A DNA stretch of 64,000 nt from Rhodosorus marinus CCMP1338 (GCA_029953675.1 JAMWBK010000012.1:186001-250000); one strand, 5' to 3'. Shown: positions 36,301 through 49,650, numbered from the stretch's first letter. The notes: generated by a model from the letters alone, not told the origin. Numbers and translations are program-made.

Positions 36301-38570
36301 CTGCGGACTGTTGAGAGGTCTCCGTACGAGGCGTCACACTCGCCTCAAGTACATCCTCAGCGAATTTTTGACTCGGATAGGGCATACGGTTGAGGTTGAG
36401 TCGGAAGTGCCCAGATCAATCTCGGGCTCTGCACCGCCCCGTTGTATAGCCGATCTCCTCGTCTTCGACGCTGCTGCCAGACGCTCAACATATGTGGACC
36501 TTGCGATTACCTGCCCCGTGGCCAGCGCCCACCTCACCGCAGCCGCCCGCCGCCGGGGGGCCGCGGCTTCAGCCCTTCGAAGAGTTAAGGAACGACGGTG
36601 TGCTGAGAGCATGGCCAGTCTGCCTTGCGCTGAGGGTCGCTCTCACCGGTTCCAGCCATTCATTGTGGAAAGCTTTGGTCACGTGGATAAGTCGGGTTTA
36701 GAGTGGTTGCGGAAATGTTTTGCTGAGCATCCTACTGAATATTTGGCGCTCTTGAGGCGTTTAAGTGTCTCCCTTTGGCGATATTCCAGCGACATGCTTT
36801 CCGAGGCGCGCCATTGGCGCCTGGGGTTGCATGCTTCCCTCCCTAGTTATTAGTTCCTCTTCACGTCTTGCGTAGCGCTTCAGGCTATGCTAGTAACGTC
36901 CAGTGTCTCTGTCTGGCGATATTCGAGCAGCATGCTTGCCGAGGCACGCCATCGGCGCCTGGGTTTGCACGCTTCCCTACCTAGTTCTTAGTTCCTTTTA
37001 ACGGTTTGCGTAGCGCTGTAGGCTATGCTAATCGGTCGTCTTTCTGTCAGGGATGTGAGAGTCGGATCGATGCTTGTGGTTACCATTTCTTAGGTTCATG
37101 CGGACTGTTGAGAGGTCTTCGTTCGAGGCGCTACACTCGCTTCAAGTACATCCTCAGCGAATGCTTGACTCGGGTAGGGCATACGGTTGAGGTGGAATCG
37201 GAACTACCCAGATCGTTCTCGGATAGGGCACCGCCGCGCTGTATCGCAGATCCCCTTTTCTCCGATGCTGCCGCCAGACGCTCAGTTTATGTTGACCTCG
37301 CGATTACATGCCCTATGGCAAGCGCCCATCTCACGGCCGCCGTTCGCCGCCGGGGAGCAGCTGCTTCGGCCCTTCGCCGAGTGAAAGAACGACGGTATGC
37401 TGAGAGTATGGCCAGTCTGCCTCGCGCTGAGGGTCGCTCCCACCGGTTCCAGCCTTTCATTGTGGAAAGCTTTGGTCACGTGGAGAAGTCGGGTTTAGAG
37501 TGGTTGCGGAAATGTTTCACTGAGCATCCTGTTGAATACCTGGAACTTTTGCGGGGTTTAAGTGTCTCTCTGTGGCGATATTCGAGCAGCATGCTTGCCG
37601 AGGCGCGCCATCGGCGCCTGGGTTTGCACGCTTCCCTACCTAATTCTTAGTTTGGGGTTCCTTTTCACAGTTTGCGTAGCGTTCAGGCTCGTCTCCGCGG
37701 CATGGGAGGCCACCTCTCGCACTTGTGGTTAACCACTCTACCGTCGTCATTGAGTCATCGTCTCCATGCTTTCCAGTTACGTTCTGCCGCACGGATCTAT
37801 CTCGGTTTGCCACAGGCTCCGTGGCACTCTAATCGGCCGTCTTTCTGTCAGGGATGTGAGAGCCGGATTGACGCTTGTGGCTACCACTTCCTGGGTTCCT
37901 GCGGACTGTTGCGAGGTCTCCGTAGGAGGCGTCACACTCGCCTCAAGTACATCCTCAGCGAATTTTTGACTCGGATAGGGCATACGGTTGAGGTTGAGTC
38001 GGAAGTGCCCAGATCCATCTCGGACTCTGCACCGCCCGGTTGTATAGCCGATCTCCTCGTCTCCGACGCTGCTGCCAGACGCTCAACATATGTGGACCTT
38101 GCGATTACCTGCCCCGTGGCCAGCGCCCACCTCACCGCAGCCGCCCGCCGCCGGGGGGCCGCGGCTTCAGCCCTTCGAAGAGTTAAGGAACGACGGTATG
38201 CTGAGAGCATGGCCAGTCTGCCTTGCGCTGAGGGTCGCTCTCACCGGTTCCAGCCATTCATTGTGGAAAGCTTTGGTCACGTGGATAAGTCGGGTTTAGA
38301 GTGGTTGCGGAAATGTTTTGCTGAGCATCCTACTGAATATTTGGCGCTCTTGAGGCGTTTAAGTGTCTCCCTTTGGCGATATTCCAGCGACATGCTTTCC
38401 GAGGCGCGCCATCGGCGCCTGGGGTTGCATGCTTCCCTCCCTAGTTATTAGTTCATCTTCACGCCTTGCGTAGTGCGCTTCAGGCTATGCTAGTAAAGTC
38501 CAGTCCAGTAAAGTCCATGTAGTAGAGCCCAATAAAGCCAGTAAGGCCCAGAATATCAACAGAGAGCGAC
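33310..38570 (+). mobile_element. Head-to-tail string: A2 tip, A1 (about 33468-36900; ORF1 end and frameshifted ORF2), A2 tip, A2, A1, with a long mosaic tail
   Basis: MDLQSY ORF2 start at 33834; RT, CCHC and RLE motifs; tails abut the next copies. Confidence 0.93.
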
Positions 38571-39249
38571 AGGCTTAGGAGTCCCAGATATATCAGCAGA
38601 TATTGCAGTCGTGAAAGGTTTCCACAACGGCTTTGATGTTGGCTTGGTACCAAACATTGTATGGTGAAATGCACTGCCTATTAGGTAGTATGTGAAAGGG
38701 CAAAAATCTGCCGTGAGCTCCTCCGAGGGGGGTCGAGCGGGTGGTAGTGGGAGGGCGCAAGTACGGGAGGAATATCTTCGCAGCTAGGCGAATCGGAGAA
38801 ATTTTCTTAAGTCATGAAGAGCTGCACGGTGTTTGGAAACCCCTTGTTGCGGGGTTTTTTTCTACTTGCCAGGAGGGTGTGACCTGGTGCCGTGCATTCG
38901 CAAGTTTTCCGAGCACATCTGAATTTCACCAATGATGTCAAAAAAAAAAAGCCGTTGGGAAATGGAATTTTATAAATAATTCCTTGGTTCCAACGTCGCT
39001 GGTAGAATCTTTTTGTAGCTAAGCAAGTCTTCTGTGGTCACTAAGAAAGAAGTGGATGGCGTTTTGGTCCAAGTCGTAAAGGTTTTTCGGCTTGTCTTGT
39101 GGGTGTTGAAGATTGGCTCGGTGTGGAGGATTCGCGAGTTTTCGGACGCAACTGGATTTTACCAATGATGCCAGAAAAGAAACAAAAACTCGTTGGGATA
39201 TTGATAGTTTTGAATAAGTTTTAGGAATAATATCTGGTGGACAGTGCCC

Positions 39250-39560
39250 ATGGAATGAATGAATTTGTTTAACGGAGACTGAGAGCAGAAACCGCGGGGC
39301 AGAAAAAGCTGGACGGGGAGAAGATCGCGCGCCTCCAACATCAAAGAAGCGTTCGTATGCCATGGCGCGAGACTTAGACCCGCAAACGACCAGGAGAGAC
39401 GGGTCAGGCGGACGCGCACATCTCCCGAAGCCAACGAGCACCGCTGTAATCCATAAACCCAAAGCAATCAATGTCCAGAGGTACGACGTGATGAGCTAGA
39501 ACCGAAGCACGTATGTCTGGTGGGAGACAAAGCCCCCGCATATTTGCACCTCTTTAAGCC
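39250..39560 (-). mobile_element. Diverged family B 3' remnant
   Basis: Similarity to B C-terminus; TAAACAAATTCATTCATTC end. Confidence 0.8.
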
Positions 39561-40050
39561 AAGAATGCGAAAGCTCGAGCTCAGAAAAATATATCGCACT
39601 ACGACAGTCTTCTGTAGTCAATGAAGAGCTGGATGGTATTATTGGGTCCAAGTTGCGCGGGCGGGTTTTTTCGGCTTATCTGGTGGCTTTAGGGGATTGG
39701 ACCGGGTGCGGTAGAATCGCAATCGCAAGTTTCCTTGCGCAACTAGAACGTTACCAAAGACTCCAAAGAAAAAAAAGCCGTTGGGAGATTGAAAATTATA
39801 AACAAGTTTTGGGTTTCACATCGGTTAGGAGTTTTTATTGGTTTCCATTGGCTTTCGGGTTAGCCGATGGAAACAATACGAACGAATGGAAACAATAGGG
39901 CAGTATGACGGAGTTGCTGTGGAGTGAATGTGTGGAAGACTATAAGAATGCCTTGAGCTGCTACGGTAAGGTGCAGCAGAAGGAGGGTGTTAGAAATTTG
40001 GTATTGTACAGGAGCGGTATCGTTCAGTTGAAAGCTAAGTTTCTGAAGTC

Positions 40051-41595
40051 ATGAAGAACTGGGTGGTGTTGATCTTGCTTTTGGGCGTTTTCGGCTTGTC
40101 TTGTGGCGAAGTGGCTACTTCGTGCGCCACTTTTTTTAATCCTCAACTCTCGGTTTATACGCCTGAGGAAGAGTGCTTTGATCTCGAAATTAGGGGTGAA
40201 ATCGTTGGATCGGTGCAGAGCAGCGGGCACGTTAAAAGGCAGGGACCCAACGACGAAGAATTGTGTATCAGGTTCGAGTTTTGGGTTCGGGATGGACTTG
40301 GGATTAAACGAGCGAGGGTTGGCCTGTGGAACAAGGAGGTTCCTTTAGGGAAAAACCGGTTTACGCGGAAGAGAGTATTTGCAAATGACCCGAGTATGGT
40401 GAGAGTAGACGTCTGCTTGGATGACATTCCGAGCGAAACTGATTGCTGTATGAATACGATGTTCAAGCCGATATTAGTACTAGAAGCACGCGTGCGAATG
40501 GAGGACGGCATAGTGCGAACTGCTGGCTTGGTCCCTGTGCGCCCAACAGAAGCGAGACTGCAGGTCCCGAACGTCGCGAGACAAGGCGGAAATGGCGTTT
40601 GTTCTCACGAATCCATAAGTTTCCGCGCATGCGAATTGTTTCTGTCTGAAGGTGGTAAGGATTTTTGGGCTTGCCGTTTTAACGTCATGTGTGATTTCAT
40701 CGGAGGCTTCCCTGGGTTTTCCGGAATTAATCGCGTCGACATAGATGAAGGAAAGATTCAAGCGGTGGGTGTACCTTTCGAAGAAGGGATCGACCTGAAT
40801 CAGCTCGAACTATCGATTTACGAAATTCCCCTATCACAAGGACGGCCAACCGCTCCACCCCCGGGAGGAAGCTTCAGTGCGGAAGCGCTTACGGTGATCT
40901 CTCGGAATCCTGTACGCGTCCTGAGTACCACGGAGTTAATGATAGCGGAATTTGATGTACCAGAGCTAAAAAATGTTAATGGCGGTTTCCCGATGATCGA
41001 TACAACATTCGGATTCGCTATTGCTCTCCAGCTCAGACAACAGCTTCTACTCAATGACAGGCTTGCCGTCAGGGATCTTCAGCCAGTAACCCCACTACTG
41101 TTGGACTTTATCAGCTTCAGTAGCTACACAATGAAAGCTGATGGAGGCGGGCCAGTCCCGGATGGGTCGGTGGCAGCAGATTCCTTGTTTGGTCCCCCTC
41201 TGACCAATGGCATTTTCGGACGGATCGGTAGTGTTGTGTGTGGTTTCTGTAACGATCCAGAAACCCCGCCAGCATCCATAACAACCGAATGGTCGTCGCT
41301 AACATCGACACCGTTTGGCAGCCTCAACGAGGGCCAATTCCCATCTGTGGCAGCGCGTGCTCCAGGAATATGTCTCTATTCATTCAACAACGAACCTCCC
41401 GAATTGGTCACCATTGACTCGCCGTGTCCTAGAGAACAAGTACGATCGCCCTTGTTCCTCGTTCTCAAACTAATGCTTCCTTTGCTAATCAAACCGCTAA
41501 CAAACGCGCGCTTTCTGTATATTTAGCCTCGGTTTTTCACTGACAAGCCTCCGATCAAGGGACAGGTTGTCTGCGATTGTCAGTTCAGACTGTGA
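40051..41595 (+). CDS. Secreted protein: unnamed Cys-rich domain plus a module resembling bacterial lamin-tail-like domains. Exons 40051-41439 and 41527-41595
   Basis: Signal peptide MKNWVVLILLLGVFGLSCG; intron GTACGA..GCTAAC..TTTAG; final exon ends VVCDCQFRL*. Confidence 0.78.
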
Positions 41596-41984
41596 TCCAG
41601 TTTTGCCTCAGGAAAATCCTCGCACCATCGCGCAGTCGCAGCAAACGTAGTACCAGAGCGGAGAGGAGAACTCAGTTCCCACCATATACTGAAGTGCTAT
41701 GCTCTTAGGTTTTTAATTTCTGTTGGTATATGTAATACAATGTGTGTCAGCCCATTGTGTTGTCACTGGCGCGTTCAAGTGCAGCCTTAGATAAACGCGT
41801 ACACGTTACCACCGCAAGTTGCAAGTGAGTGCAATCAGCGCACTAGGCGCGGATTTACAGCGGCTTTATCGCTGGGGGATGTCCAATCTGCGCTGCTGTG
41901 AAGGCAAAAGCTTCCAACATTGCGTTCAGAGTTCCAAGCATATGTGGGCACCTATGCAGTTCAGCTAGTCTTCTGTGGTGGTTT

Positions 41985-44900
41985 TATTCGCTTTATTGGC
42001 TTTATTGGACTTTACTAGCATAGATTGGCTTTATTAGCATAGCCTACAGCCTACGCAAACCGTGAAAAGGAACTAAGAACTAGGTAGGGAAGCGTGCAAA
42101 CCCAGGCGCCGATGGCGCGCCTCGGCAAGCATGCTGCTCGAATATCGCCACAGAGAGACACTTAAGCGCCGCAAAAGTTCCAAGTAGTCAACAGGATGTT
42201 CACTGAAACATTTCCGCAACCACTCCAAACCCGACTTCTCCACGTGACCGAACGAACGAATGGTTTAATCGGAGGCTGAAAAAAAAAAAACCCCGAGGGG
42301 AAAAAAAGACTAAGCGCGGCGAAGTACTCGCGCCTCCAACATCAAAGCGGCATTCATGCGCCCCAGCAGGAAACTTAAGCGGGTAAACAACGATTGAAGA
42401 CGGTCAGGGCGTTCGCGGAACAACTCCCGAAGCCAGCGAGAACCAACAGAGTCCATGAACCCAAAGCACTCAATGATCAGGGGTACCAAGCGATGTGCTA
42501 GTGCCGAAGCACGAACACCAGGGGAAGACAAAGCCCCCGCGTATTTGATCTCTTTGCGGCGTCTCATGCTGGCGGCGGCAGATCCACGGCGCTCCCCCGC
42601 AGCCGGGAGATAACGACTAGCTTGAGGGTTAGGAACAGCAAGATCAACGTATGTGGTACGGCGGCTGTCGTCACAGGTGATCACCAGGTCGGCTACACGG
42701 CGTTCATCATTTTGAAAGTCCGCGACGGGTAAAGGTTTCTCACGTTCGATTTCCAGACCGGCTTGCCGGACTATAGGCCGAAGTTCCCGGTATAACAGGT
42801 TCAAGATCCGTGTGTGGCGGCGGGTTCGAGCACCTTTCACCGCCGGGCAACTAGCGAGCAGGTGGGCGCCAAAATCTGCGTTGTCTTCAGTCTGAGAGCA
42901 GAGAGGGCACGACGAACCCATCTCGTACGGCCAAGGGGGCTGATGTAAGCCGAGGTATAAGCGCAGTGAAGTACGCACTTCGAAATCCGACAGTGTGAGT
43001 GGCGGAAAGGCTGGTACGGTCATGAGCCACTGAGAGCTAATAACCACAGCTTTCCACAATGAAAGGCTGGAACCGGTGGGAGCGACCCTCAACGCGAGGC
43101 AGGCTGGCCATACTCTCAGCATACCGTCGTTCCTTCACTCGGCGAAGGGCCGAAGCAGCTGCTCCCCGGCGACGGGCCGTAGCCGTGAGATGGGCGCTTG
43201 CCACAGGGTATGTAATCGCGAGGTCAACATATACTGAGCGTCTGGCGGCAGCATTGGAGCCGAGGAGATCTGCGATACAGCGGGGCGGTGCCCTATCCGA
43301 GACCGATCGAGCGATCTGGGTAGTTCCGATTCCACCTCAACCGTATGCCCTACCGGAGTCAAACATTCGCTGAGAATGTACTTGAAGCGAGTGTGACCTC
43401 TCTTACGAAGACCTCTCAACAGTCCGCATGAACCTAAGAAATGGTATCCACAAGCATCGATCCGACCCCCACATCCCTGACAGAAAGACGGCCGATTAGA
43501 GTGCCACGGAGCTTGTGGCAAACCCAGGTAAATCCGTGCGGCAGAGCGAAACTGGAAGGCATCCAGACGGTGACCCAGTGATGACGGCAGGGTCGTTAGC
43601 CAAAAATGTGAAAGATGGCCTCCCATGCCGCGGAGGCGAGCGGCGGTGGTAGGCGGTGTGAGGGGAGAGTTGAGCAAGATTGCCTGAGCGGCGCTGTGTT
43701 GGCCCCAGGTGAGGCTATGTTGTATCACATCAGTGCGCGAGCTCCACAATCGGCTCAGACCCGGGTAATCGGCAACCGGTGACCCGGGGCTAGCTTCCCC
43801 CTCGTCGGCGAGTACTCTGTCGATGGGAGAGTCCTCGATCGCCTCAGTTCGTCCCCATAACAGCTCCTTCCAGGAGCGAAATCTGGATCGGCTCTCGTCC
43901 GGCACGGCGTTGCACTCGCTGAACGCCTGTTGCAGAGCATCATAAATACTTAAAAGCGACGGCGGAAGGGTCACAGGGTCTTCGCTAGTCAGTGCTCTAG
44001 CCAAAAGGCAACCACTCATCCGAAAACTCACCAAGGTGCAAAGCGCGGAAGCCCATGAGGCGACCACCGCTGCCGAGCATACGAGTCCACGGTCGGCCCC
44101 TCCAAATCCACCTAATCGTAAAGGTAGGGCAATCTGGCCACGAATTAGGTCCCTGTCAGGAGCCGCTTCTACATCCAGGGGTTCATCCAGGAGCGTTCCC
44201 CAGTGCTTCAGCGTCGCCTCGTCCGACTTGGCTGCCATCCACGAGCCCCAGTGCGGTGGAAGGCTTCGCAGCCAGTAATTCAGTCGGGGCCCTCACAAAA
44301 GCGCGAGAGCAGGCAGGCCGATTGGAGCATGCTATCCGGTAAGCGCTCAATAGCGTCGGTGCTTATGGCGCGCTAAAACTCACTCGCAAGAGTCTTGGAC
44401 AAACTTGTCACTCCCCAAACCGACGCCATGGTGCTCGAGCCCCGCATGTTCACCAAGGGCCCGGAGACTAGGTGGCAGGGAGCCCCTCGAAACTTCACAC
44501 GGGCCGAGAAAGCGGCATTTTTCGGGTTCCACGGTTAGACCTACTCCACGTGCGATTGTTTCGATCCGGGTCAATGTCCGAGTCAAGTGCTCAGGAGTGC
44601 CCAGCAACGTCACGTCGTCATGGTAGGCACAGATGCGAAGCTCCGGCACCTCAGCCGCCAGTCCCGGAGCACGAGCTGCAAGGCACAGGCGTGAATTACC
44701 CGTCCACAAGGATCACCCTGTTGAACGCCAGTACGTGCTGCAAAAACAGAGCCCTGCGTTGTCAAATAAGGGAGGCTCCCCCCTCCGTAAATACCGGCTA
44801 GGAATGGCCACACCTCCGGGAATACCCTACGAATCACCTCCAAAGCATGCGTCCGGGAGACGCTGTTGAACGCACGACGGAGGTCAACTACCAAAACGCC

Positions 44901-45845
44901 CCAATCAGGCCTAATGGCTCGCTCGAGCTCGATCGTATGGGTGATTGGCTTTAACTGGACTTTACTGGACTTTACTGGACTTTACTGGACTTTACAGGAC
45001 TTTACTAGCATAGCCTGAAGCACTACGCAAGGCGTGAAGATGAACTAATAACTGGACTTTACTAGCATAGCCTGAAGCGCTACGCAAGGCGTGAAGATGA
45101 ACTAATAACTAGGGAGGGAAGTATGCAACCCCACCCCCGGGCCGATGGCGCGCCTCGGAAAGCATGTCGCTGGAATATCGCCAAAGGGAGACACTTAAAC
45201 GCCTCAAGAGCGCCAAATATTCAGTAGGATGCTCAGCAAAACATTTCCGCAACCAATAACTAGGGAGGGAAGCATGCAACCCCAGACGCCGATGGCGCGC
45301 CTCGGAAAGCATGTCGCTGGAATATCGCCAAAGGGAGACACTTAAACGCCTCAAGAGCGCCAAATATTCAGTAGGATGCTCAGCAAAACATTTCCGCAAC
45401 CACTCTAAACCCGACTTATCCACGTGACCAAAGCTTTCCACAATGAATGGCTGGAACCGGTGAGAGCGACCCTCAGCGCAAGGCAGACTGGCCATGCTCT
45501 CAGCATACCGTCGTTCCTTAACTCTTCGAAGGGCTGAAGCCGCGGCCCCCCGGCGGCGGGCGGCTGCGGTGAGGTGGGCGCTGGCCACGGGGCAGGTAAT
45601 CGCAAGGTCCACATAGTTGAGCGTCTGCCAGCAGCGTCGGAGACGAGGAGATCGGCTATACAACGGGGCGGTGCAGAGTCCGAGATTGATCTGGGCACTT
45701 CCGACTCAACCTCAACCGTATGCCCTATCCGAGTCAAAACTTCGCTGAGGATGTACTTGAGGCGAGTGTGACGCCTCCTACGGAGACCTCTCAACAGTCC
45801 GCAGGAACCCAGGAAGTGGTAGCCACAAGCGTCAATCCGGCTCTC
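41985..45845 (-). mobile_element. Minus-strand string: A1 (45845-45052), short A1 with 6-unit tail (45050-44950), A2 (44945-41985) interrupted by B
   Basis: RT, CCHC and RLE motifs; (ACTGGACTTT)n at about 44954-45005. Confidence 0.92.
42250..43045 (-). mobile_element. Family B copy inserted inside the A2 RLE region
   Basis: A2 sequence GTGACC|AAAGCTTTCC is split by B; (GTTC)n tail; only ACC microhomology, no TSD seen. Confidence 0.92.
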
Positions 45846-46679
45846 GAAGTGATGCAGAAATATAGATGTTATGGGGTCTTCTTTTTTTTTAATTCATTGA
45901 ATGTGGAAGAATCGAATTGTGTCGTATTCAAGCCGGAGATCGTTCGTCGTCATTGTATATGATCGTTGACTTTAGAAATTGTACGAACTCCATAAGTGAC
46001 CTGGGCTCCTCAAACTAGTCTAGGGTTAATAACGTAGATTAGAACCAAGAACATCTACACCTAGAACCAACGTAAACCCAGACTAACCTGACCCCGTATA
46101 TTGTCTATATAATATGCTAAGCTACTCTTTGATGAGAGGGGTTGCTTGATTTTTGGGGACAGTGTATACGCCTTAACGTCTCAACAGGCCCTGAGAAAGA
46201 GCTTCCCGCTCCATTTGGGATTAAAAATAGGGGGGGTACTGGTCCTGGTGACAATTTTTTGTTCCGAGAGGGGGGGGTGAGTGAGGGAGGAGGGATAAGT
46301 CCTATTTTTGTGAACAGAACTAAAACAAGAGAGTACTGGGGCCTGACGGTGATGGTCAGTTTTCCATTAATAGTCTTGACAGTTGATTTTTTTTTGCTGA
46401 CGAAAAGTATAGTGAAAGAGCTCTTACCATCACCGTCAGGAGCAATGGGGCAGTTTTGTCTTGTTTCAGTTTGGTTTTTTTTCCACTATCGTAGGTGCGT
46501 ACCCCAACGCAACTGCTTTTTTCGTCTGTGCACGTTGCGCATCAATCTGCCTGCGAATTACCTCACCACAGGAAGTTCCGAATACTCAGGCTAGTTGTTA
46601 ATTGTCCGCTGTTTGGGAGCGCCGTGCATTTGCCGCTGCCAGTAAAGTCCAGTAGAGAGGTCGCGAAAGAGTTGAAATA

Positions 46680-46930
46680 TCGCGGGGGCTCTGTCTCCTC
46701 CAGGCGTTCGTGCTTTGGCTCTGAAGTTGATAGCTCGGGTCATTCAGTCCTTTTGGGTTATGGATTCCGTCGGTTTTCCTTGGCTTCGGAAGTTATTCCG
46801 CGAACGCCCTGACCGTCCCTCTCGATGTTTACCCGTACAAGTGTCTTGCTGTGGCGAAAGAACGCTGCATTGATGTTGGAGCGCGCGACCTTCGCCGCCG
46901 ATAGTCGTTTTTTTCTTTCAGCTCTGACGA
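46680..46930 (+). mobile_element. Diverged family B 3' remnant
   Basis: Similar to B C-terminal coding sequence. Confidence 0.75.
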
Positions 46931-47613
46931 AGAAAATTCATGAGTTTTAAATAAAAACCTCCTCATATCAGGTGTTGTCCAATGAAGGTGAGGTTAGTTG
47001 CGCCCAGTCATGGATTCTGGTGGATTTACTGGTGGTGCTGGTTTTGCGCACGTCTGCGTCTGCTTACACTCTGCAGGGCGTTGTGGGGGGCAAGAGACCG
47101 TTTTCTTCAAACTACCGAAGCTTTGTGCGATGCTAACTCGCGCAGGAAGAGCAAATTTATAGAGTTGGGGAGCACAACTGTACAAGCCAGGACAGTGATA
47201 GCGGGACTCGCTAGGATACTGATCGTGGTTTTCCCAACCTGGTCTCCTACGCAGTGCAGCCAGTATATAGAAAACCGTTCTGACCGAGCGGTAACTATTG
47301 AAAACCTTATCGATTGAGGTTGATAAGTGCTTCATAGATCCACCACAGCAAGGGGTACGATGGGTTTTTTTGAGACCCGTCAACTACGGCAGCTGCTGAT
47401 GCTTTGCCGAATGTCATATCTTGGAGGCAAGTCTAGCTGCTTGGAGCGGCCCAACGTTAACTGTTTGCCACCGTGGCGTCCCTATAAGAGCGGGACTTGA
47501 GATGAGGTTGCTTCAAATGACTCTGGGGTTGGTCAGATCACTCAATTAGATATTGCCTTTAAGCAAGAGGAGGACATTGAGATAGGAGAGACAACAACTG
47601 AAAAGTAACAAGG

Positions 47614-48446
47614 ATGAAGATACACGCATTGGCTTTTGTGGTGCTTGGATTGGTGGGAGCGACCGTAGCTGTCACATTGCGAACGCAAGATTCTCCACGA
47701 GAGCAACGTGCACCCCGACTCCTACAGTGACACCGACCCCGGTCCCTACCCCGATTCCTTGCGATTCCGATGAATGCTCATCATGCTGCGACAGCAAGTG
47801 CCAGGTGGTGACATGCAAGGCTAGCGAAAGAAACAAGTGTGGAGGTTCGTGTCCTCCCAACCCCAACTTGATCCAGAATAAGATCAACCTTAGAAAGGCT
47901 ACATGCAACGTGGACTCGGACCATAATTTGGAATGCGAGCTGTGCCAGTGTCCGCAGATGTGGTATGACGAAGGTATACCAACTGTCATGGACAACGCTT
48001 TGAAGAGCAAGTTGAAGGAGATTGCTACTAGCGGCGGTTGTAAGCTGGCAGATTTTGTGAACAAAGTCAACGTGATTTGCGCTATGCCAAACAATCAGCC
48101 ACAGAAGCTGTACCAGTGTAAAACCAAGAGCGGCGCATGCATTGTTAACGAGCGGGATTACACCGGTCTGAAGATGACGGTGACGAGTGTGTGTGGAAAT
48201 ACCGGGGCTGCGACGTGCGGTACCAACCCAATAACGGGTGTAACAAGCTGCTACTGGGGCACGACAATCTGCTATGCATATCCAGAACAAGCAGTTGTAA
48301 CGTTCGGAAACAAGTGCGGAGACGCGTGCCAACCAGTGAGCAGCGGTACAACTTGCGACCAGTGCTATGTCAGCGAATCCAAAACAAGGCGTAGGTCGCC
48401 ACCGAACTGTGTTGCTCCTTTTTCATCGACAAGACGCACGTGCTGA
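47614..48446 (+). pseudogene. Cys-rich secreted protein gene with PT/TP linker; the signal peptide is out of frame with the body (frameshift or assembly indel)
   Basis: MKIHALAFVVLGLVGATVA begins at 47614, but the TPTPVPTPIPC.. Cys-rich ORF (47727-48446) is in another frame and no intron repairs it. Confidence 0.6.
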
Positions 48447-48608
48447 AAGTTGCAGAACTAACACTGGGGACGCCTATCTGTAGACTTTACATACATGTAC
48501 AGGATCATTATGTGTTTATCAGGAAACCTAACTCAGGGGCAAAAGAAAACCAGTGAAGGCGCAAATCAGGCGTGCCCCAACATCAGAACAGCCCTTCACA
48601 CACCACGG

Positions 48609-48890
48609 CAGTGAGCGCAAATGGGTCAACCAAACAACAGCCGGTCGGGGCCCTCACAGAAGGCTTATATTCTAGCAATGCAAGCCACAGGTGACAACAG
48701 CTCACCTAGTATTCGTAGATAACTGTAAAATAATAAAATTGCCAATGCAGCAGTGAGCTCAAACGGGTCAACAAAAAGAACAGCCGGTCGGGGCCCTCAC
48801 AGAAGGCTTATTCTCGCAATGCAAGTCAGACGTGAGACTAGCTCATCCAGTATTCGTAGGTAACTGAAAAATAATAAAATCGCCAATTTA
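48609..48890. repeat. Diverged tandem duplication of about 143 bp, probably degraded retroelement sequence
   Basis: Both units carry AACAGCCGGTCGGGGCCCTCACAGAAGGCTTAT, resembling the GGGGCCCTCACAAAAG stretch of A2 at about 44286. Confidence 0.7.
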
Positions 48891-48954
48891 CCCCATGGAA
48901 CCGGAATGCCTTTATCGACAACGTTTACAAGCCGGCAGCCTTCGCCGGAACCCG

Positions 48955-49650
48955 CCGACATACGCGGATCTTGAACCTTTGGCCTATCGTACGGCAAGCC
49001 GGTCTTGAAATTGAACGTGAAAAGCCCATGCCTGTTGCAGACTACCAAAGTGATGAACGCCGCGTACCTGACCTCGTGGTCATTTGTGACGATCGCCGCC
49101 GTGACACGTACGTTGATCTTACCGTTCCTAATCCTCAGGCTAGTCGTTATCTGCCGGCTGCGGGAGAGCGCCGTAGATTTGTTGCTGCCAGTATGAGACG
49201 TCGCAAAAAGTTGAAATATGCGGGTATTTTGTCTTCCCCAGGCATTCGTGCTTCGGCTCTAACTTCTCGCGTGGTACCTCTGGTCATTGAGTGCTTTGAG
49301 TTTCTGGCGTTGGTTCTCGTTGGCCTCGGGAAGTGTTCCGCAAACGCCCTGACCGTCTTTCCTGGATTAGACAAATTCATGCATTCATTCATTCATGCGT
49401 TTTCGTGTCAAATACCCATCTCCCCTCAGCCGCTCTGCGCCGGGGGCCAACAGCTTCTGTACTTCGCCGACTGAAGGAACGAGGATATGTTGAGCGCATG
49501 GCCAGTCTCCCCTGTGCAGAGGGCCTTTCTCACAGGTTCCAGGCTTTCATTGTGGAGAGTTTTGAGCATCTGGAAAAGTTCAGCTTGGAATGGCTGCGGA
49601 AATGTTTTCCTGACCTTCCGGTTGAATATCTAGGACTCCTACGCGGATAT
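48955..49650 (+). mobile_element. Diverged B copy (48955-49395) followed by a diverged A-like 3' fragment (49420-49650)
   Basis: RRVPDLVV/YVDLTVPNP, then LKERGY/HRFQAFIVESF. Confidence 0.85.
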
